NCBI GenBank assembly: GCA_028534125.1
Contig: CM052816.1
Span: forward strand, 96,102,001 to 96,166,000
Origin: Lama glama
Taxonomy: Eukaryota
Length of the DNA: 64,000 nucleotides
Reading direction: 5' to 3'
Shown here: positions 40,153 through 52,257 of the stretch, piece after piece
How the letters are laid out: every line of letters starts with the position of its first letter
How positions within the stretch are numbered: position 1 is the stretch's first letter
The notes under the pieces: model-generated
What the model was told of the DNA's origin: nothing
The model's database searches: none
Seen by the model: only the letters and a program-made list of their open reading frames with translations
Made by a program: the position numbers and the translations under genes

Positions 40153-40545
40153 AAATTTCAGAGTTTTTTTTTAGTTGAAGTATAGTCAGATGACAACTTT
40201 ATGTCAATTTCTGGTGTACAACATGCCTACCCAGGCAATAGAAATAAAAGCAAAAGTGAACAAACAGGAACTAATTAAACTTACAAGCTTTTGCACAGCA
40301 AAGGAAACCATAAACAAAGCAAAAAGACAACCTATGGAATGGAAGAACGTATTGGCAAGTGATGGTGACTGACAAAAGCTTAATTTCCAGAATATATAAA
40401 CAGTTCATACAACTGAATAGCAAAAAAACCAAACAACCCAATCCAAAAGTGGACAGAAAACCTAAACAAGGAATTTTCCAATGAAGACATACAAATGGCC
40501 AATAGGCACATGAAAAAATGCTCAATATTGCTATAATCAGAGAGT
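40153..40545 (-). mobile_element. 5'-inverted L1 insertion carrying an ORF2 fragment
   Basis: Short antisense 3' end (ttttagttgaagtatagtcag...tctggtgtacaacat) joined to a + strand ORF2 piece encoding [37 protein letters not shown] agtcttt(t/c)tt. Confidence 0.88.
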
Positions 40546-42519
40546 AGTCTTTCTTAAAAGAGCCAGTGGGTTTGAGAGAGTGTGATGACCTGGTCCCAGA
40601 ACTAGACAAGATAACAGTGTTGTCTTCTTTCCAAAAATCCCATAGTGCCACCACCATCCCTACTGACAAATGCCCCCAACACCTGAACACAAATAAGTAA
40701 GCTTTCTTGTGCCTGTAACCTGCCATTGCTGGAGGCCAGAAATGTGCTTCCCTTCTGTGTGCAATGGAAGATATGCTGAGAATTCCATCCCATCTGGAAA
40801 TTTTAATATCTTCCATTATCTCCCTAAACGTGACTACTATTAAGTGCTGACAATGGGTCAGATGCCATTCAAAGTGTTTTCCTTTGATTTAAACCTCACC
40901 ACAACCCCAGGGTGTAAAATGACTATCAGCTCCGTTTTGCAGGTGAAAAGATAGAAGCATAGGGTGCCTAGCTTCCTGCCAGGAGTTGTCTGGTGGTGGA
41001 TCTTTGGGCTTTGCACAAATATTTGTAACTCCTGGGCAACGCTGCCTCCCATAGTGTAGTGAAGGAGGAGCGGTGACTGCTGGCAGCTTCCTGCAACCAG
41101 GAAGCCGGTGATGAAACCAGCATGAGAGCAGGGAGCCCTGATGCTCATGGACGGAGGCAATGAGTGCGCGATGGCCAGTGATGGCACCCGGTGTCGCCTG
41201 CAAGCCCCTCATATGGAAGATTCGTCCCTGTGTGTATAGATTCCCAGCTTCTCTTAGAGGAGTTGTTGGCGTTTGTTTCACGTCAGGTGAGAGCTTGGCC
41301 GCCCTCCAAAGGCTGGCCAGCCTCCAGGGATGCCTACCTTGGCGGATTGACAACACCTTCCCGTAAGTGCGCTGAGTCCGCGTTTCTCCCTCTTCGGGAA
41401 GATGCGCCCATTGGAAACTTTGCTTCTGCGTGGTGCGGGACTAAATAGAAATATTCTGCTACCACATCCCACCCCCTAAATGCATCCTTCATCAGTTCAG
41501 GGGAGAGGGCTGTGGTTCATCTGTGATAGAAGAGAGGGGAAGCTTCCCCCCGTGGTTTTGTGTTGGAGGCGCCCTGTGTGGAGCAATGCTTCTGGTGTTG
41601 TTTCAGAGGTTAAACTGGAGGTGGAGGAAGAGGGTGAACAGGCCATTATAGTGTTGGAGGAGGTGTTTTTCAGAGTACAGGATGCAGTGTTCCCGTAGTT
41701 GGGCACAAATTGTGAGAAACCTAAGTGCCCAGCGGGCGATGCCGGGGACTCATGAGACCACTCTGAACATGATCTGGGTCCCGTTCCTCCCTCCGACAGG
41801 ACAGTGCGCACACGTGCTACTGGAGAGCAGCCGGTCCCGGCTGGAGTCCTCCCAGTGGTCTCGCTCTCCCCGTCTCTATCCGCACCACAGAGACGTTTCC
41901 TGGTTCTCTCAGGGTGCTGCCCTTGGCCTGACCTGGCTGTCACTTGTCCCTTCTGCTGGGACAGCGTGTTCACTTCCAATATCTACACACCTCCCCAGAG
42001 AGTGGAAGTCATTTAGTCTTGTTTCTTGCCGGTGTTGGGAGAATGTTATTCTCTCAGTGCCATCGCGATGACTGTGGACCAGCCCCTTATCACGTTACCT
42101 TCAGCTTTTTGGAGACCCCTCCCCACACTCACGCAGTCTTAGTGTCTGCTTTCCACCTGATGCCCGTTTCTCCCTGCCATCCTTGTCACACCGAGGCTGA
42201 CTCTCCTCCATCCATCCCTAGAGTACTGCTCCTGCCACACCAACTTCTCCTCTGCAGGAAGCTAAGGAGGCCTTCGTTCATGAGTTAAATTGGAGGCCAA
42301 TTCATTGTTTCTAAAAGCTGCAGCAGCAAAGTCTCAGGTGACCATGTGACCGATACCTACCCCGTGCCCGCTTTTACCCCGTGCTCTGCTGGTCTCTGTT
42401 GTGTGTCTACTGTTCTTCGCCTTCATTGTTGAAAACCGATCATTTCCTTTTCTCTGATTTCCTGTTTCACGCTTGGGCAGCCAGAGCTGAATCTTTGAAA
42501 TCCTTGATGACAGACCGAC

Positions 42520-42860
42520 AAGTTCGTACTTCAAAACTTATTACACACTGAATCCATCTAGCAAGGGAGATCACTGTCATATTTAGACCATAGCTGAATT
42601 CAAGACCTGGAGGTGTTTCAGTTATAAAATATGGTGAATATAGGTTGATGGGTAAAAATGAAGAATTCATGAAGAATGGTTTCATATCATCTTGCTTAAC
42701 CTAAACTCAATTTCAGAACCGAATATCCATGTCCTTTTGTCCATTCCATACAGATTGAGAGCCGATTAATAATTTAGACTTCTCTTAGTCACCTACCACC
42801 CCCTTATTCCTTAGTTTTCCTGCCTATCTCAAATGTGTGTTTCTGTTAATGTACTGAATG
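42520..42860 (+). mobile_element. L2 fragment
   Basis: ttacacactgaatccatctagcaagggagatcactgtc and cttagtcacctaccacc are L2-like but heavily diverged. Confidence 0.35.
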
Positions 42861-43035
42861 CCTCTTTGAACTCTGAGTTCTAAGCAAAACTGTGTTACAC
42901 ACATTCTTAGCAGGAGAATGCTTTGAAAGCCAAAAATCATTAAGTTTGTTTTTTTCCCTTGTTCTCATAATTTTTATAAACTGTGTTTTTTTGGCTCTAT
43001 TAAAAATGAAACTGCTCTCTTTTTGTATTTTGTAG

Positions 43036-43081
43036 AAACTACCTCTTCAGGTTACAGCTTGAGGATCTGTCTCTGATCCAG
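43036..43081 (+). CDS. SEMA5A: Semaphorin-5A next coding exon, 46 bp, phase 2 to phase 0
   Basis: Acceptor ttttgtattttgtag (AG 43034-43035). Reads A AAC TAC CTC TTC AGG TTA CAG CTT GAG GAT CTG TCT CTG ATC CAG = (R)NYLFRLQLEDLSLIQ. Donor CAG|gtaggt. Completes the split Arg codon of the previous exon in frame and continues the recalled SEMA5A sequence. Confidence 0.96.
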
Positions 43082-43989
43082 GTAGGTGCAATTTATTTTT
43101 CTCAAGCTTTCATTTTCCGTTCCAATTAGCTCTCTGTTTCAGGGGATGAAGACAGATGTATGTGAAGGTATAAATCAGGTCAGGGCAAGGGTTCCTCTCC
43201 TCAGCGGATCAGGCTGCAGGATGCTTGGCTACCCTATTTGATATGAGGCCTCATCTGCTTTAATTCCCAATTGGCTCTCTTCCTACTGTGTGGCCTCCCT
43301 TCCTTTTTTGGGGGTACCATTCTGATTTACTCTTCATCAAATGATGGGTAATTCAAAGGACGTTTCCTCCATGTCAGGGAGTGGCCTTTTCCCCCTAGTT
43401 AGAATAATCATTGATTATGTTGTTTAATGCATCTAGCTGTCATAGGCTTGTAAAAATCAACCCCCTTGGAAAAGCATCTTTGTTTCTGCTTCATTATTTA
43501 TAATTAAATAAGTATGACTATATGGATTAACAACCACATACAACAAAGAATTAGTGATGATAGATAAAAATGCATTTTACCTACTTCTGTTTTGGGGGGT
43601 TTGGAGGAGGAGCCTGAGATCCTTATGCCTGGATAGAGTATCTGTTTTAGTGGCAGATCTGAACCACAAAGGCCCACTTTACCCTTTCAGTCTTTCAGAA
43701 GGATCTGATAGCCAGAGTCTCCTTGGAGAAGCAGAGGATCATGGCCCTCTTCACCAAAACTCTGAAACTCCCCATGGTGTATGCCAGGATCCTTTGGCTG
43801 TGTGTAGTTTGGAAAAAGTTCTTTAATCACCCTCGTGCTAGAGTTCTAAGAAGTGACTGGAGAGAAGTTTATATTATTTTCTTTTCTTTGTGATGCTGGT
43901 ATCATGAACATTCAGACAACTTTAGAGCTAGGGTCTCATGTTAGATCTGTGTTTTGTTTACTGGCGTGTTAAATTAAGCCAGTCTCCCA

Positions 43990-44195
43990 GGAAAGCTAAT
44001 ATACTGATAAAGCACTTTGGAAACCAATAGATCTGGACTTGTTAGGTAGCTCCATGACTTCCAGCAATTGCAGGTTTCCTCATCTGTGAAACGGCCACAA
44101 AACACTACCAACCCCACACTGTTGTTGCTGGAATTAAATAAAGTAGGGCATGCATGCACAAAAGATAAGGTGTAATGATTTTGCAGCAAATATTA
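43990..44195 (+). mobile_element. MIR SINE
   Basis: Core ggtttcctcatctgtgaaa. Confidence 0.6.
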
Positions 44196-44439
44196 ACTGC
44201 TTTTGTTTTTTAAAAGTGATCACAATAAATAATCGCTTTTTATTGTAATCATTTCATCACACTGGGCAATTAATTGTCTTTCCACTGCAATGCAGTATAT
44301 AACTGAGGTTTTATATGAGTTGATCATTGGTAAAATTTTGATGGCATTCATAAGAAATCAGAATGACCAGCAATTTAACCAAAATACCATTTTAAAGCTC
44401 TGATTTTAAAATTATCTTTTATAAAATGTATAGATCATT

Positions 44440-46000
44440 CAATAGAAGGGATTATGCCCATTTTGATTCTCATGGTATAATATATTATTTGTTATATTGT
44501 GTGTGCTAAAAAAGTGAAATGTATGGGGGGGGTGTGTGTGTGTGTGTGCACGCGTGCCCATGTACATATTCATTGATTTCCTGGTTTCCTAGCTCTCTTG
44601 GCTGAGAGGGTCTAGAAGCATTGTCATTCCAATAGCCATGAGCACACTTAAAACCAAGTACTTGGTTTCTAAATTTAAATCGCCACTAAAAGGGACCAAG
44701 GCTTCTTGGAGAAGTAGCTGATTCCAGCACCTGGGTAGCAAAAGTCCCAGATAAGCTTGGAAGATTTGTTTTTTTCAGAAACTGAGGAACTATTCCAAGA
44801 ATAATAAGAGCAGGTTGGAAGGACATAGGAGCCAGCTTGAAGTGAGCTCACTGAAGAAATCTGGGACACTTCTATTTTTAAAATAAATAGCAATAGTGTC
44901 AGATTATAACACACTGAATAAACTCAAAATCCATGAGTATATACTGACTTAAAAGTAAATGAATGAATAAACAAGTGAGACAAAAGGGACTAGTCTCCTT
45001 TACTCTAAAATGTCAACTGATAAATATTGAAGGATGATTTAATTTGAAAATTCTAATTTGGCAACCATCACACTGAAAACTGATCCAGGCCAAAAAAAAA
45101 ATCAATGGATGCTAAATTTCTGGGTGAGAGTTTGATGATGATGAAGATATTTATATAGAGTCTCAAAGTATTTACCTATAAGATACATATTAATTACAAC
45201 AGGAAAACTTGTGACTTGATGATGACGAAACTTGGCCAGAACTATGCTAACTGACTAGTTAAAAGTAGTTTCATTAGTAATGGGGCAAAGAGCTGGTATA
45301 AACTTCCTGATCAGATGCTCTGACAAGGCTGCAGCAAGATTTTCATCATATTACGGCCAAAAAATTATAACCAACTTCATCATGAGGAACCATCACACAA
45401 ACCCAAACTGAGGGACATCCTACAAAACACCGACCTCTAGTCTCCAAAAATTACTGAGTCATGAAAGGTGTAAAAAGAAAGAAGACCTATCGCATCATAA
45501 AGGAGAAAAACAGACTAGGTGATTACATGAAACACTCGATCCAAATTGCACATTGGAACAGAAAATATTTTTTCGTGTTATAAAGGACAACTGGCAGAAT
45601 TCTGATGTCTGTAGAGAAGGTAGAAGAAATGTGTTAATATTAATGTCCTGATTTTGATAAATGTAATGTGCTTATGAAGGAGAATGTCCTTGTTCTTCCG
45701 ACAAACCTTCTGAGATAATAGGGGTGAAGGGCATTGTTTCTGAAACTTACTCTGAAATGATTTTTAAAACTACTATATGTGTATGTATCTATATGTGTCT
45801 ATCTATCTATCTATATATAGATACACACATATACCTACATGCATACACACATGCATACACACAAAGAGAAAGAATGATAAAGCAAATGTGATAAAAATGT
45901 TAATGAGAAATAGTCTAGGAATCTAGGTGAAATGTTTAAGAGAGTCCATTGCACTTTCCTTGCAATTTTTCTTGATTTTATTTCAAGATAAGTAGACATA
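44440..46000 (+). mobile_element. Old L1 3' region (L1MC-like)
   Basis: ttcttggagaagtagctgattccag; catcatgaggaaccatcacacaaacccaaactgagggacatcctacaaaa; gtcctgattttgata...gagaatgtccttgttc. Confidence 0.75.
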
Positions 46001-46514
46001 AAAAATCGGGAGATGCATTTGTGTTATTGTGTGTATGATGTTATTTTAGGGGCAAGGAAACTCCCTGTAGTTTTCCCGCTGTTGCTTCTCATTCTCATGA
46101 CAACCTTTTAGTGGAAATCAGGTTGAGGTTATTGATGGAATTGAAGTGTTCTTGCTGAGGTATGGAATCCCGTCACTGCTGTTAAGAGGGAGCATAGTGG
46201 GCTGGCGTGGGGCCGAGCAGGGAGACAACCAGCCCCAACAGCAGACGTCAAACATGCTGGTGCCCTCGGTACACACAGCGCTACTCCTCCCACGTTTCTT
46301 GGTTGTGTACGGGGCGCGGGAGCCTACTGATCACTCAGCGTGGAGAGAGAGAGAGCTGGGAATTTCTCAGGACAGACTGTTTTTTCATACATGTCTCCAG
46401 TAAAGTTGTCCTTTTGATTTCTGTGACTGTTTTATTTTAAGTTAAGTGACTCTTCCCAAGGGTACCAAAGAAGACTAGGCACACTGATAAAGAAAGGGTA
46501 ACCAACGTTGTAAG

Positions 46515-46814
46515 TGACACTGCCCAGTAAAAACGCCCTGTGAGCCACGTGGGTAGTTGAAGACGATCTGGTGGTCACATGGAAACAAGTACAAAGAAAC
46601 AGGAGAAATTATTTTTAATAATATATTTTACTTAACTCATTATAGCCAAGAAGGCATCATTTTAACATGCAACCATCGCAAAAACTCAGTAAGAAACGTT
46701 CCATCCCTTTTTTAATTGTATTCAGTCCTCAGACTCGGGTGTGTCCTTCGCTCACAGAGCACGTGTGCATCTGAGGGCTCAGTGGGGCTGCCGCCGCCCA
46801 GCTGGACGGTGCAC
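46515..46814 (+). mobile_element. MER33 hAT-Charlie element
   Basis: aaagaaacaggagaaattatttttaataatatattttacttaac is the diagnostic core; termini are GC-shifted. Confidence 0.75.
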
Positions 46815-49162
46815 TTACAGACCAGGAGGAGAGGGAGCATTTAAGACGTGTCTGCCTTCAGTTATGTTGCAGAAGCATTATTTTCTCCAGGGACCATAGG
46901 AATTAATCTGGATGCATTAGGCTAATAATTTTCTCCTTTTCTCTTTCTTCAGAGATAGAAAATTATTATTTAAACATGGGAATATGAGGAAGCTGAGACC
47001 AGGGAGGATAAGCAGTTTGCAAAAGGAGACAATCAGACTGAGAATCAGGGACAGCCCTTCTTTCACCCCAGCCAAGGCTTCGTTTGCTCTCAGCCCTCTG
47101 TGCTGGATGCAGGTCCACCTCCTGGGGGTGGCTTGAGTTGTTTGCGTTCCTCCCCATCACCTTGGGGCCCTTCCCGGTGTCCGTAACGCCCAGCTGTGCA
47201 TAGCTTCCCAGATGAGAGGCTAATCCCCAACTTCAGTGTCTATTCCTGTCCTCTCTCTCATGAACACTTTTACCCCGTCTTCTTCTCCATCTAGAAGACT
47301 TTCAATCCTCGGGTCTCACTGTAACTGTCACCTTCTTGTAACCCACCCTGAATCTGTTTGGGCTGGTGGCCCTCCGATGCATTCATAGCCTCAGCCTTTA
47401 TTTCTGATGAGCATCTGTTGTCTCAGATTGAAGTTCAGTCTGTGCTGTGATGGGCATTTTATTTCCTGGTCTCCTCAGTATTAGATTAGAGTCGCTCATT
47501 AGATCAGGTTACCTGGCAGGTGGTAGACTCCAGACAAATGTCTGTGGAAGCTTTAACCCCTTAATATTGAATAATATGCTTTCTCTGCAACTTTCTAAAA
47601 CTTACCCTTAGCAGGGTGTGGGTAAATGTCATATTTTTGTTCCTAAATTCAAGAGAAGGAAAGTCTCGCAACGCAGAGACTAGAGCAATGAGGGATGCTT
47701 GTTGAAAGAGGCATCTGGAAACGTGCCTCGCATACTCTCATACTCTCATTCCACAGGAAGATTCTAGGACATTAAAGGTGATTCCGGACCCTGGCCCATT
47801 CCTTTCTTGCCAGGACCAGTACCAGTCACCTGTCTGCCCCCGCATTCAACGTGCTGGTTTATGCAGAGAAGCAGCACAGTTCCGGCCATAGCAGGGTACC
47901 CCTTAGTGCAACCTCTCCGTTTCCTCCTCCTCACCCCGAGGTGGTCCCCACACGGTGGCTTGGCGATCCCAGTGTGTGTTGTTTAGTGAGAGGAGAAGGG
48001 GGAAGTTTGGGAGTTGGGCTCTGTGGAACCGTCCTGAAATCCACTAATGAGAAAAATGAACCTTCATGAAGTGGCTTTAGGATGAGAAAACTAACCTCAA
48101 GCACAGATTGCCTGACTTGCCTGATCTTGACCACAGTCTGGAAGTGGAATCAACAGAATCCCAATTCAGAGTTCTTCCCCCCTTTTCCTCCCTGATAAAT
48201 CTGAGACATCACTAAAGCAGTAAAGATATGAACAAGGACTAGGCTGGGGCCCACGATGACTGTTATTCTGAGGGAACGTTGTCTGTTTGAGGTTAAGTCT
48301 CTTAGCATCACCGCAGGAACATTCACATATAAATAGGGCTCGAGGTAAAATGGCTCTGTTTGGAATATTTGTGATGGTTTTCCAAATGGACATACCTTAG
48401 CGCATGACAGTGAAAGACCAAGAATTGCTTTTAATTTAGGGAAACAAAACCTGACTGGAGAATCGAGTATTAACATGACATCACTTGTAAGGCATCTTCC
48501 CACTCGGAGGCTGTGATCAGTTTCCTCACAGCTCACCAGGTGCTGGAATTTAGCCGTCACATCTTGAAAACCAGTCGTTTTCAGCCTCAGTGACAGAGGA
48601 CGCGGGGTTTTACCATTAGGCGTGTCTCCTACTTCTTGTCATAGTAACAAATTCGACTCTTCAGCCTCACTTTTCTTCCTGCCTTGATCACAGCAGTTAT
48701 TTTGTAAGGACAAAGCTTTTTGGAAAATATAAAAATGCAGCTGGCTTCAAGACGAATTGGCCACATTTGCCCGTCTGGGGTTGTGCGTGGGTTGGCCCCA
48801 GGTGACGTGCGTTGAGCACCGTTCTAAGAACACAGAGACAGCGGCTCAATTACCCTCCATGTCTGCCTAACATTCTTTTGGCAAACAGCACAAAATCCGT
48901 TTTTGTATTGCTTTGTTACTGAGGGAAAGGAATTCACAGCCTGTTTCTCACTCACAACTGCTGGAATAAGCAGAAAAATTGAAAGCTATGTTCCAATTTG
49001 CCACCTGCCTCTCTATGGTTTCTAAATTGAAAACTGTTCAGTCTCCGACGACCTGGTCAATATTGGTAGAGAATTCTCTCGAAAGTTAAGGTAAATGTTA
49101 ACTTTGTTTCTTGTATATTTGGGTTTGGGGAATTGAGTTTCAACTCCAGTCAATTTCTGGAC

Positions 49163-49363
49163 CAGTGTTTCTCAGCTAGAGGCTGTTTTACCTGCTGGGA
49201 ACATCTGGTCGTCACCACTGGAGGGGGAAACTGCTACTGACATCTTGTGGGTAGAGACCAGGGACACTGCTCAACCTTCTGCAAGGCGCAGGACGGCCTC
49301 TCCCTGCTCGACAAAGAATTCCCTGGCTCTGAATGGTATCTGCACCAATGCTGAGAAACCCTA
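49163..49363 (+). mobile_element. MER20 hAT MITE
   Basis: cagtgtttctca...tgctactgacatcttgtgggtagagaccagggacactgct...acaaagaatt...ctgagaaaccct. Confidence 0.85.
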
Positions 49364-49979
49364 TGTTAGATTGTCACTGCCTCAGCTTCCACGTGTTTTG
49401 AAGAAGCCACGTTTTGAGTCTGTAATTTTAACATCACTGAGTTGAATCTGGAAGATCTTTGATGTGCCTGGGGACTCTTCCTCTTTAGACGTTTTCATAT
49501 ATTTAACCAAACACATGAACCCTCAGTGGCCATCTCTAAAGAAGCTCCTGGGATTCTTGAGTTTAAATTGCTTCTTTTTATTAATATGAAATTAGATTTA
49601 AAAATAAATGGAGTCAATTTGTAATACCAGTACCCTCTCTAATGGGCCATAACAATTTGATATCACTACCCTCTGTGGGAATCCTTCTGTATAATTTAAA
49701 GAATGATATATTAATTAATAATGTAGAATAACTATTCAAATGAGATATTCACATTGATTAATTTTTAAAATCTTGTTTTATATTTATATTGGACAAGGAG
49801 AGATTGTCTCCCGTGTAGTCCTCAAAAATCATGATTCTAAACTTTATTTCTTTTTTGCCTTCCCTTATTAAATACGTCCTTGAAATCATAGTGTAGGAGT
49901 GGCAGGGATCTTAGAGATTGAAGAGCTTAGAGATCTTTATTAAAACCTTTCGGGCTTAGAAAACTAAGACTTGTCGATC

Positions 49980-50200
49980 ATAGTTACAGTTTTATTGGAA
50001 CACAGCCATGCCCACATATTTGCATATGGCCAGCCCACGGTCACAGAAATAAATCTTATTGGCGCATGGACACATCCATCCCTTTGGATATTGCCTATGG
50101 CTGCCACATCCACTGGGTTGACCAGTTGTAACAGAGACCGTCTGGGTTACAAAGCCTAAAGTATTTACTATCTGACCCTTTAAGAAAAAGCTTGTCCCCT
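49980..50200 (-). mobile_element. MER58-family MITE
   Basis: ttttattggaacacagccatgccc...caaagcctaaagtatttactatctgaccctttaagaaaa. Confidence 0.8.
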
Positions 50201-51469
50201 GTTACGGTACCTATTACATTCCGAGTTCTTACCCAGTGTTTCCTGGGTTGGATGGGTGAGCACAGTACGATGCAGTGTAATTCTCTGTTTCGGTTTTTGC
50301 TTTTTTCAGACAGTGCTTGCTTGGTGTGCTTGACTCCCTGTGCAATCATTTCGTGGCCTCACTGGACTGTGACCCGTAGGCTGGGAGCCAATAGTGTAAC
50401 TGTTCATCTCCAGATTCTTGGCTCTTACTTCTGCTCCCTTGATGAAGATTTCCTGTTAAGAGCTACTATATCTACCTATTTATTCAGAATAAACACATTT
50501 ACTTTCCTTTTCTCATAACTTCCTGGAGGATTTATAGTTGCTGATGTATATTTTATACAGATGAGGACTAAGATTTTACTAGTTTTAGAGAATATTAGTA
50601 GAGTTGAATTAGTGCTGTTAACAACAGCCCTTCACTCTCAGCAGCTAAACACACACGCAGGAGCCTTATTTCTTCCGTACATGGCCACTGTCCAGCACGG
50701 TGGCTGCGGGGGTCTCTGTTCTGTGGTGCCATCTTGGAGCCTGAGGCATTCTGTCTGCGTGCCTCCACCCTCAACCCGTGCCCCCCGGGGCAGCATGGAG
50801 AGAGTGGAGCATCATGCAGAGGAGACTGCAGGGGCCATGCCACGAAGCGGTGCACCTCCCTTCTGCCCCGATTCCAGGGGCCATCTCTAGGTCACATGGT
50901 CTCAACCGCCTGCAGGGAGGCTGGGAAGTAGGGTTAGTCTGCATACCCTGCAAGAGGCAGAAAACCTGGGCATTCAGACATCAGTAGGCATTAGCATTAG
51001 CATGGTAGGCGTTCTCCCAGATGGTGCTGGAGAAGCAAGATTGGCACTTAAGGATGTGCTTAACTGTTCCTGTTGTCTGCCCGCACCCCCACCCCCCCGC
51101 CCGCCATCCCAGTAATTCTCATTTTCTACTACACAAACGGATTTATTCACGCTTCTATTATTTCTGCAAATAACAAAGCAGGGATACTTTGAACAAACCA
51201 CTTAACCTCTTTGGACCTCAATTTTCTTCGCGGTGCGTCTGGAGAGGAGAGTCCAGAAGAAGAGCAGACAGGATTATCCCCGCAGTCCCTCAGCATTAAA
51301 ATCTTAATGTGCGCCGTCCTTCTGTTTACTCTTCCTCCTGTCACCGCTTACATGACTCCTGGATTCCTCCTTCTTTAAGGAGAACTTTCCCCATAATTGG
51401 AAACTGGGCATCGAGCTCATTCGATGTAACTTTAATGACCTCGTTTGTCATAAGATAATGCTGACAACA

Positions 51470-51725
51470 ACAGCAGTGACGGCAGACGGCATTCTGTGCC
51501 CTTACTCTGTTCTCAGTCCTTCACATACATCATCGTGTTCTTGTTTTCTCAGTAGCACCAAGGTGTAGGTGTTATTTTCAGTATTTTACAGCGGAGGCAT
51601 TGAAGCTTGGAGAGTTTATGTCATTTAGCCAAGATCACCTAACTGGTATGTGGCAGAGCTGGGATTTGGACCTGAGCGTGCTGGACCCCAGAGGAGAGTC
51701 TCTTAATCACTAATGTGCTACTTCG
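51470..51725 (-). mobile_element. MIR SINE
   Basis: attttacagcggaggcattgaagc...ccaagatcacctaactggtatgtggcagagctgggatttggacc. Confidence 0.8.
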
Positions 51726-51814
51726 TTGCACTCATTAGCACTGACTGAGGTACCACTTAGGGTTGACAACTGGCTTACAGTGAATATAACTGTGAATTTA
51801 TAATTATAATTTGT

Positions 51815-52257
51815 AACTGGAGTTTAAGTCGGGCTCCCTGGAAGGCTGACCTAGGGATTCATAAGCTTGTACTTTATTGAGGGTAAGTTCTCAGCAGGTC
51901 AGGGCTGAGGCATAGGACAGAAAGGCACTAGACAAGCATTTGCTCTCAGCTGGAGTTCAGCATCAGCCTGATCCCAGGGGGGCTCTGCAGCATGAACAGA
52001 ATTTCAGTTGATCCCTTTTGTAGCAAGGGGTGATGATTTATATCCAGTTCCTCCCTTGTTCCTTCAGTCATCAGCAGCAAGTTTTTAAGTTTGGTGGGGT
52101 GTGGTGAATATCCTGGCAGAGTGGCTCTCATTGGCCAAGAGCAGTTCTCCAGAGAAGGGGGCAGCCTGGGTCAGTGTCAGCCAACACTGACTGCAGCCAG
52201 AGGAAAGTGCACTGTGTTGTTAAGGGGACTTGGGCGGGGTACGAGGCGCACTATAGA
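51815..52257 (-). mobile_element. LTR16-family ERVL LTR
   Basis: ctttattgaggg, cagcctgatcccaggggggctctg, ggccaagagcagttctccagagaagggggcagc. Confidence 0.65.

Larger units (their letters stand above)
27512..43035 (+). other. SEMA5A: SEMA5A intron, 15,524 bp, GT-AG, phase 2
   Basis: Bounded by the two exons; AG|A splice junction reconstitutes Arg. Confidence 0.93.

Noticed and set aside
40175..40816. ORFs of 65 aa (+) and 181 aa (-)
   Set aside because: L1 ORF2 fragment and its antisense reading, plus flanking intron.
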